This document shows, piece after piece, positions 58,202 through 64,000 of a stretch of 64,000 bases of DNA. This stretch comes from a virus: the IMG/VR virus record IMGVR_UViG_3300046804_004104, positions 5,761 through 69,760 of that record; one strand, given 5' to 3'. The notes beneath the pieces were generated by a model. The model was not told the DNA's origin. It did not search any database and saw nothing but the letters and a program-made list of their open reading frames with translations. Each line of letters opens with the position of its first letter. Within the stretch, counting starts at the first letter, position 1. The position numbers were made by a program, and so were the translations under genes.

Positions 58202-58894
58202 ATGGCATTTTCAAATACTCCAAGTTTTAGCTCCAGAACTTTAGAAGATTTCAAAGCAAGATTAATTGGTGGAGCAGCTCGTCCAAACCTTTTTGAAGTT
58301 GAATTAAATTTCCCTAGTTTTGCTACAGAAGGATCTACTGGTGATACGACAGATCAGACAAGATCTGTAAGTGAATTATCCAGATTCATGATTAAAACTG
58401 CTAACCTACCGGCATCCAATGTTGGTGTTATCGAAGTTCCTTTTAGAGGAAGAACTTTAAAAATTGCAGGTGATAGAACATTTGATGTTTGGACAGTTAC
58501 TGTCATTAATGATGTTGATTTTTCTCTTAGAACTGCTTTTGAAAAGTGGATGAATGCAATCAACAAACACGATGATAACTCTGGTCTAATCAATCCAGCA
58601 CAATATCAGAGAGATGCAGTTGTAAAACAGTTTGGAAGATCTTCCGTACAATCTGCAAATTCTAGTGTCACATCTCCAACCATTACCACTGCTGGGGATT
58701 CAATTCCAGTTCTTAAGGCATACAAATTCTATGGAGTTTTCCCAACTTCCGTAAGTGCAATTGATTTATCATATGATTCTACTGATGCCATCGAAGAGTT
58801 TACTGTTGATCTTCAAGTTCAATGGTGGGATGCTCTTGATTCAACCGGAACTACTCAATTGGGTACAGATCCTCAAGTTTTGAACCCTCTATAA
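58202..58894 (+). CDS. gp19: tail tube protein gp19
   Basis: GGAARPNLFEV, IEVPFRGRTLKIAGDRTFDVWTVTVIND and FPTSVSAIDLSYD..D.IEEFTV. Confidence 0.97.
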   Translation: MAFSNTPSFSSRTLEDFKARLIGGAARPNLFEVELNFPSFATEGSTGDTTDQTRSVSELSRFMIKTANLPASNVGVIEVPFRGRTLKIAGDRTFDVWTVTVINDVDFSLRTAFEKWMNAINKHDDNSGLINPAQYQRDAVVKQFGRSSVQSANSSVTSPTITTAGDSIPVLKAYKFYGVFPTSVSAIDLSYDSTDAIEEFTVDLQVQWWDALDSTGTTQLGTDPQVLNPL

Positions 58895-58897
58895 ATA
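58890..58897 (+). promoter_or_regulatory. late promoter TATAAATA
   Basis: Exact consensus overlapping the gp19 stop. Confidence 0.8.
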
Positions 58898-58923
58898 ATA
58901 GAAATATAGTTCAAATTTGAATA

Positions 58924-60639
58924 ATGCCTAAATTATTTGGTTTCAAAATCCAAGATTCGGAGGACGATAGATCAAAAAAATCTATCGTCTCTCCTGTTCC
59001 GGAGAATCAAGAAGATTCTTCGGATTTTTATGTTGCGAGTGGATTTTATGGACAATATGTTGACATTGAAGGAGTCTATAAATCTGAGTATGATTTAATT
59101 AAAAGATATCGTGAAATGGCTATTCACCCAGAAGTGGATAGTGCTATTGAGGATATTATTAATGAAGCTATAGTCTCAGATCAAAATGATTCTCCAGTTC
59201 AAATTGATCTTCAAAATGTACCAGCTTCAGACAGACTTAAAGAGATAATCAGACAAGAATTTAAATATATCAAAGAACTTTTAGATTTTGATAAAAGATG
59301 TCATGAGATTCTAAGAAATTGGTATGTCGATGGTAGAATCTATTATCACAAAGTTATTGATTTAGAAAAACCTGAAGAGGGGATCAAAGAAGTAAGATAT
59401 ATTGATCCTATGAAAATCAAACTTGTCAGAAAGATCAAAAAAGATGGTAAACATGTATTGAATCCATCTTTTTCGGTTACTGATGGAAAGGCTACAAATG
59501 GTACTATGGCAACTCCAGAAGTTGAGGAGTTTTTTGAGTATGATCCAAATATCAGAGGAACTGGTGCGGGTCAATCGACTAGTAATTTTAAAAATGCAAT
59601 TGGTGGTGCTGCAAGAATTTCAAAAGATGCAGTTACTTATGTTCATTCTGGTTTAGTAGATAGAAATAAACAAGTAGTTCTTTCTTATCTTCACAAAGCA
59701 ATCAAGGCACTCAATCAACTAAGAATGATTGAGGATTCTCTTGTTATCTACAGATTATCAAGAGCTCCAGAAAGAAGAATTTTCTATATTGATGTAGGTA
59801 ATCTTCCTAAGATCAAAGCAGAACAATATCTCCGTGATGTCATGACTCGTTATCGTAACAAATTGGTTTACGATGCAAACACGGGAGAAATTCGTGATGA
59901 TAAGAGAATGATGGCAATGCTTGAAGATTTTTGGCTTCCAAGAAGAGAAGGTGGTAGAGGAACTGAAATCACAACTCTTCCTGGTGGACAAAATCTTGGA
60001 GAACTTACTGATGTTGAGTATTTCCAAAAGAAACTTTACAGAGCACTTGGAGTTCCAGAGTCTCGTTTAGGTGGAACTGGTGGATTCAATCTTGGAAGAT
60101 CTTCAGAAATTCTGAGAGATGAAATTAAATTCACCAAGTTCGTGGGAAGAATGAGAAAGAGATTTTCTCATCTCTTTATGGATATGTTGAGAACTCAACT
60201 TCTCCTCAAAAATATTGTTACCACAGAAGATTGGAAAGTTCTTTCAGATCACATTCAATTTGATTTTGTTTATGATAACCATTTTGCAGAACTCAAAGAA
60301 GCTGAACTTATTCAAAATAGGTTAAATGTTCTTGTTGCAGCTGAACCCTATATTGGTAAGTATTTCTCAGTTGATTATGTAAGAAGAAATATTCTTAAAC
60401 AAACTGATGCTGAGATTGTAGAAATTGACATGCAAATAGGTTCTGAACAGGCAGCAGGAATTATTCCCCCTCCAATGGATCCGACAACCGGACTTCCTGT
60501 TGGTCAAGAACCACCTCCTGCAGAACAACCAGCAATGGGAGAAGTTCCAATGAACCCAGAAGCTAATGCATCTGCAGCGGAAATGCCTCCGACCGAAGAA
60601 GCTCCAAAACTTCAGATGCCTAAAGGTGGCAGAATCTAA
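58924..60639 (+). CDS. gp20: portal vertex protein gp20
   Basis: SYLHKAIKALNQLRMIEDSLVIYRLSRAPERRIFYIDVGNLPK and MLEDFWLPRREGGRGTEITTLPGGQNLG. Confidence 0.98.
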   Translation: MPKLFGFKIQDSEDDRSKKSIVSPVPENQEDSSDFYVASGFYGQYVDIEGVYKSEYDLIKRYREMAIHPEVDSAIEDIINEAIVSDQNDSPVQIDLQNVPASDRLKEIIRQEFKYIKELLDFDKRCHEILRNWYVDGRIYYHKVIDLEKPEEGIKEVRYIDPMKIKLVRKIKKDGKHVLNPSFSVTDGKATNGTMATPEVEEFFEYDPNIRGTGAGQSTSNFKNAIGGAARISKDAVTYVHSGLVDRNKQVVLSYLHKAIKALNQLRMIEDSLVIYRLSRAPERRIFYIDVGNLPKIKAEQYLRDVMTRYRNKLVYDANTGEIRDDKRMMAMLEDFWLPRREGGRGTEITTLPGGQNLGELTDVEYFQKKLYRALGVPESRLGGTGGFNLGRSSEILRDEIKFTKFVGRMRKRFSHLFMDMLRTQLLLKNIVTTEDWKVLSDHIQFDFVYDNHFAELKEAELIQNRLNVLVAAEPYIGKYFSVDYVRRNILKQTDAEIVEIDMQIGSEQAAGIIPPPMDPTTGLPVGQEPPPAEQPAMGEVPMNPEANASAAEMPPTEEAPKLQMPKGGRI

Positions 60640-60645
60640 TAAATA
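60638..60645 (+). promoter_or_regulatory. late promoter AATAAATA
   Basis: At the gp20 stop, upstream of ATG 60674. Confidence 0.6.
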
Positions 60646-60673
60646 AATTTAAGTAAACACTGAACTTTTAAAA

Positions 60674-60880
60674 ATGGATGATCTTATTGACATGATGGTT
60701 TCTAACGAATCTCCTGCAGATATTAGTGACCGAATTAAAGAAATTTTAATGCAAAAATCTGCAGAAAATATTGACATTATCAGACCTGTAGTTGCTGCTT
60801 CAATGTTTGGTTCTCCAGAAGCTGAATCTGAAGAAGTTCCAGAAGTTGAAGAAAAACCTACTGAAGAAGACGCAGAATAA
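60674..60880 (+). CDS. small acidic prohead core protein (gp67 position)
   Basis: 68 aa with Glu-rich tail, located after the portal like T4 gp67. Confidence 0.65.
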   Translation: MDDLIDMMVSNESPADISDRIKEILMQKSAENIDIIRPVVAASMFGSPEAESEEVPEVEEKPTEEDAE

Positions 60881-60886
60881 TAAATA
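60879..60886 (+). promoter_or_regulatory. late promoter AATAAATA
   Basis: At the upstream stop, 25 nt before ATG 60912. Confidence 0.6.
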
Positions 60887-60911
60887 ACTATTATAGAACT
60901 TTATTATAACA

Positions 60912-61181
60912 ATGCAAAGAACAAAAATAATTGCAACAGAAGTTGCAATGCCAACAACTGCAGGGGCTGCTTCCAGTATTAGTGAAGCAACTTGTGTAAG
61001 ATTGTATAACGGATCTGGAGCTGCAGCTACAGTTAGCATTTCAACTGCTGTTGGTGCTGCAACTACTAATACATTTACAATGGCAACGGGTGATGTTGAA
61101 TTTCTTCAAAAGGCTTCAACTGATGTTATTTTTGCATCTTCTGCATCTGTGAAAGCTGCTAAAGTAGGACTTACCAACTAA
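60912..61181 (+). CDS. small hypothetical virion-module protein
   Basis: 89-aa Ala/Thr-rich ORF between portal and protease genes. Confidence 0.75.
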   Translation: MQRTKIIATEVAMPTTAGAASSISEATCVRLYNGSGAAATVSISTAVGAATTNTFTMATGDVEFLQKASTDVIFASSASVKAAKVGLTN

Positions 61182-61186
61182 GAAAA

Positions 61187-61837
61187 ATGAAACTAATTAC
61201 CGAAGAAGTAACAAATGTAAAGATTATCACCGAAGGAAAAGGTGCTAGTAAAAAACTTTACATTGAAGGGGTATTCCTTCAAGGCGAAATCAAGAATCGT
61301 AATGGGAGAATGTATCCTATCACAACTCTTGCTCGTGAAGTAGGTCGTTACAACGAAAACTTTGTTGCAAAGGGTCGTGCTCTTGGAGAACTTGGTCATC
61401 CAGATGGCCCAACCGTTAATCTTGATCGTGTTTCACACAAAATTACTTCTCTTGTTCAAGAGGGAAATAACTTTGTAGGTAAAGCACAAATCCTGAATAC
61501 TCCTATGGGTAAAATTGCATCTTCTCTTCTAGATGAAGGTGTAATGCTCGGTGTTTCTTCCCGTGGTGTTGGATCACTCCAAACAACCAGTGAAGGTCAC
61601 AAAGTAGTTGGTGAAGATTTCATGCTTGCAACTGCTGCTGATATTGTAGCAGATCCTTCTGCACCTGATGCTTTTGTTTCAGGAATTATGGAAGGTAAAG
61701 AGTGGGTTTGGGAAGGAGGAATCCTTCGTGAACAACTCGCTTCTAGAACTCAAAAGATAATCAACACTCTTGTTGATCAGAGAAGACTTGACGAACAGAA
61801 GTTAAATCTGTTCCAAGAGTTTTTATCAAATCTTTAA
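61187..61837 (+). CDS. gp21: prohead protease gp21
   Basis: YIEGVFLQ..IKNRNGRMYP, ALGELGHP, LGVSSRGVGSL and DIVADPSAPDAFV. Confidence 0.97.
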   Translation: MKLITEEVTNVKIITEGKGASKKLYIEGVFLQGEIKNRNGRMYPITTLAREVGRYNENFVAKGRALGELGHPDGPTVNLDRVSHKITSLVQEGNNFVGKAQILNTPMGKIASSLLDEGVMLGVSSRGVGSLQTTSEGHKVVGEDFMLATAADIVADPSAPDAFVSGIMEGKEWVWEGGILREQLASRTQKIINTLVDQRRLDEQKLNLFQEFLSNL

Positions 61838-61839
61838 AT

Positions 61840-61847
61840 TATAAATA
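61840..61847 (+). promoter_or_regulatory. late promoter TATAAATA
   Basis: Exact consensus; GGAG SD before gp22. Confidence 0.85.
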
Positions 61848-61882
61848 AATACAGATTATACTAAGGTAATCGGAGAGTACAA

Positions 61883-63046
61883 ATGTCCCGTGGTAAGAAT
61901 TTACAAGAAATGGAAACCGGCACTTCACAATCCAAAACTGCTGTAAATGCTCATGCATCAGCACCTGAAGCACCTCACAAGAGTGCAACTCCTGTTGCAA
62001 CTCCTGGTCAAACTGGTGCTTGGGAAGATCTCGGAGGCCCTACCCCAGAAAATAGTAAGCCAGATGATAACAGCAATATGCTGAAGACTCCTGGTGCAAC
62101 CCTTAAGCAAGTTAAGGATGTTGTAAATGCTAAGGCTTCTGCGCCTGACGCTGCTGCAACTTCTGCAACTCCTGTTTCTACCCCTGGTCAAGGTGGTGGT
62201 ATGAAGGAAGAAGTTGAAGAAGAAGGTGAAGAAATCGTCGCAGAAGAAGGCGAAGAAGAAGAAGTTTCTGATGTAGAAGAGGCTGAAGAGGAAGAGGTTG
62301 TTGAAGAGGATGTAGATTCCATCATTGACGAGGATGTAAATGCTCTCCTCTCTGGCGAAGAAGAACTTTCTGAAGAATTCAGAGAGAAAGCAAAGCTAGT
62401 ATTTGAAGCTGCTCTTCACGCTAAGACAAAAGAAATTCAATCTGCTCTAGAAGAGCACTATGCTGCTGCTCTTGCAGAAGAGGTTGAAGAAATCAAACTA
62501 GAACTAACCGAAAGAGTTGACTCATACCTTGAGTATGTTGCTTCCGAATGGTTAGAAGAGAATGCTCTAGCAGTTGAAAGTGGCCTCAAGACTGAGATCA
62601 CTGAGTCCTTCATCGCTGGTATGAAGGGTCTTTTTGAAGAACATTATGTATCAATGCCTGAAGAGAAATATGATGTGCTAGAGAGCATGGTAGAAAAACT
62701 TGATGAAATGGAGACAAAACTCAACGAGCAAATTCAAAGAAATGTTGCTCTAAATGCTAAACTTGCAGAATCTGCCGCTGACAGAGTTCTGAACCAAGTT
62801 TCAGAGGGTCTCGCACTTTCCCAAAAGGACAAGCTTGCAAGCCTCGCTGAGAGTGTTGAGTTTGAGAGTGAGAATGACTATTACCAGAAGCTGGTAACTC
62901 TTAGGGAGTCATACTTCCCAAGAAACGCTGGTGTTCCAGCAAACGAAACGGAAAATCTATCAGAAGAAGCGAATTTCCAGGAAGTGAACCATTCACCTTC
63001 TATGGACGCTTATCTACGCGCGCTTTCCACCGTTGCTAAAAAGTGA
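61883..63046 (+). CDS. gp22: prohead core scaffold gp22
   Basis: EDLGGPTPEN, Glu-rich tract, LSEEFREKAK..FEAA and VDSYLEYV..EWLEEN.LAVE.GLKTE. Confidence 0.95.
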   Translation: MSRGKNLQEMETGTSQSKTAVNAHASAPEAPHKSATPVATPGQTGAWEDLGGPTPENSKPDDNSNMLKTPGATLKQVKDVVNAKASAPDAAATSATPVSTPGQGGGMKEEVEEEGEEIVAEEGEEEEVSDVEEAEEEEVVEEDVDSIIDEDVNALLSGEEELSEEFREKAKLVFEAALHAKTKEIQSALEEHYAAALAEEVEEIKLELTERVDSYLEYVASEWLEENALAVESGLKTEITESFIAGMKGLFEEHYVSMPEEKYDVLESMVEKLDEMETKLNEQIQRNVALNAKLAESAADRVLNQVSEGLALSQKDKLASLAESVEFESENDYYQKLVTLRESYFPRNAGVPANETENLSEEANFQEVNHSPSMDAYLRALSTVAKK

Positions 63047-63105
63047 TTTTTAGATAATACTCAAACCGCAGTTTAACAACACTTAACACGAGGTATCAAA
63101 CTAAA

Positions 63106-64000
63106 ATGGACGGAATTAATTCACAAATGTTAATGGAGAAGTGGGCTCCAGTCCTAGACTTCGATGGTCTAGGCGACATCAAAGATTCCCACAGAAGAGC
63201 TGTTACCGCTCAACTTCTAGAGAACCAAGAGAGAGAACTCCGCGAGTCTGCTGAGTTCCTTGGAGAATCTTCCCCAACCAACTCTGCTGGTACTGGTGGT
63301 TTCTCTGGTTCCGCTACCGCTGGTGGTCCAGTTGCTGGTTTCGACCCAGTTCTAATCAGCCTCATTCGTCGTGCAATGCCTAACCTCATTGCTTATGACA
63401 TCTGTGGCGTTCAACCAATGAGCGGTCCTACTGGACTCATCTTCGCAATGCGTTCCCGTTACGATTCACAGTCTGGCACTGAGACCTTCTTCGACGAAGT
63501 AGATACAACCTTCTCTGGTCAGAACAACAGCCGCAACCTTTCCAACGGATTCTCCGATGGTCTCGTTGGTTTCGGTACAACCAACCAGGATGGAACCAAT
63601 CCTAATGTTCTCAACCCAGTTGGAACCGCTACCACCAACCCATCACCATATAATGTTGGTCAGGGTATGGCAACTGGCGATTCCGAGGCTCTCGGAGACG
63701 CTGCTGCTAATGCTTTCAACCAGATGGCATTCAGCATCGAGAAGGTTACCGTAACTGCTAAGTCACGCGCCCTCAAGGCTGAGTACTCCCTAGAGCTCGC
63801 TCAAGACCTCAAGGCAATCCACGGTCTAAACGCAGAAGCAGAACTTGCTAACATTCTCTCCACTGAGATCCTCGCTGAAATCAACAGAGAAGTTATCAGA
63901 ACCATCTATAAGGTTGCTGAGCAAGGTGCTGCTGTTAACACTGCTACCGCTGGTGTATTTGACCTTGATGTTGACTCCAATGGTCGTTGGTCCGTTGAGA
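63106..64000 (+). CDS. gp23: major capsid protein gp23, partial (runs off window; not in ORF track)
   Basis: ATG 63106: MDGINSQMLMEKWAPVL...LLENQE...AGFDPVLISLIRRAMPNLIAYDICGVQPMSGPTGLIFAMRSRY...MAFSIEKVTVTAKSRALKAEYSLELAQDLKAIHGL. Confidence 0.98.
   Translation, partial: MDGINSQMLMEKWAPVLDFDGLGDIKDSHRRAVTAQLLENQERELRESAEFLGESSPTNSAGTGGFSGSATAGGPVAGFDPVLISLIRRAMPNLIAYDICGVQPMSGPTGLIFAMRSRYDSQSGTETFFDEVDTTFSGQNNSRNLSNGFSDGLVGFGTTNQDGTNPNVLNPVGTATTNPSPYNVGQGMATGDSEALGDAAANAFNQMAFSIEKVTVTAKSRALKAEYSLELAQDLKAIHGLNAEAELANILSTEILAEINREVIRTIYKVAEQGAAVNTATAGVFDLDVDSNGRWSVE

Noticed and set aside
2191-62191. Numerous minus-strand ORFs of 60-143 aa in the ORF track
   Set aside because: All lie wholly or mostly antisense to well-supported + strand genes, lack recognisable motifs and are expected shadows of biased codon usage.
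568-63754. Short alternate-frame + strand ORFs (e.g. 568, 17105, 22843, 30554, 38034, 42795, 63557)
   Set aside because: Nested out of frame in long genes, with Leu/Met-rich frame-shift composition and no SD or promoter support.
53789-64000. Inteins, introns or homing endonucleases in gp17, gp20 or gp23
   Set aside because: Lengths and motif continuity look normal; no splicing motifs or frame breaks were seen. The 55438 Zn-finger ORF lacks a nuclease domain.
1-64000. tRNA or rRNA genes, or stop-codon reassignment
   Set aside because: Intergenic gaps are short with no cloverleaf seen; genes are intact under the standard code and end in TAA, TGA or TAG.

Overview
This window is the virion structural module of a large, AT-rich T4-like myovirus. 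Gene order and sequence point to a cyanophage-type genome (Kyanoviridae-like); the host cannot be read directly from the sequence. All real genes are on the + strand. The order is: carbamoyltransferase tail, small genes, baseplate gp25-gp6-gp7 (4598 aa)-gp8, a VrlC/DUF4815-type virion protein, accessory virion proteins, a 3442-aa tail fibre with a peptidase-S74 chaperone, a cassette of three paralogous tip-like genes, two 2OG-Fe(II) oxygenases, neck gp13/14, gp15, terminase gp16/17, sheath gp18, tube gp19, portal gp20, protease gp21, scaffold gp22 and a partial major capsid gp23. T4-type late promoters (NATAAATA/NCTAAATA) precede many genes. The main observation is five copies of an alpha-helical domain resembling phycobiliproteins, each keeping the bilin-site motif C-x-R-D-[VL]-G-Y plus a second Cys before the last helix. 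Three copies lie in gp7 and two in the tail fibre, and they are nested inside one another. An unannotated 58-aa NblA-like ORF sits just before gp17. These resemblances were judged by eye and need profile, structure and biochemical tests.
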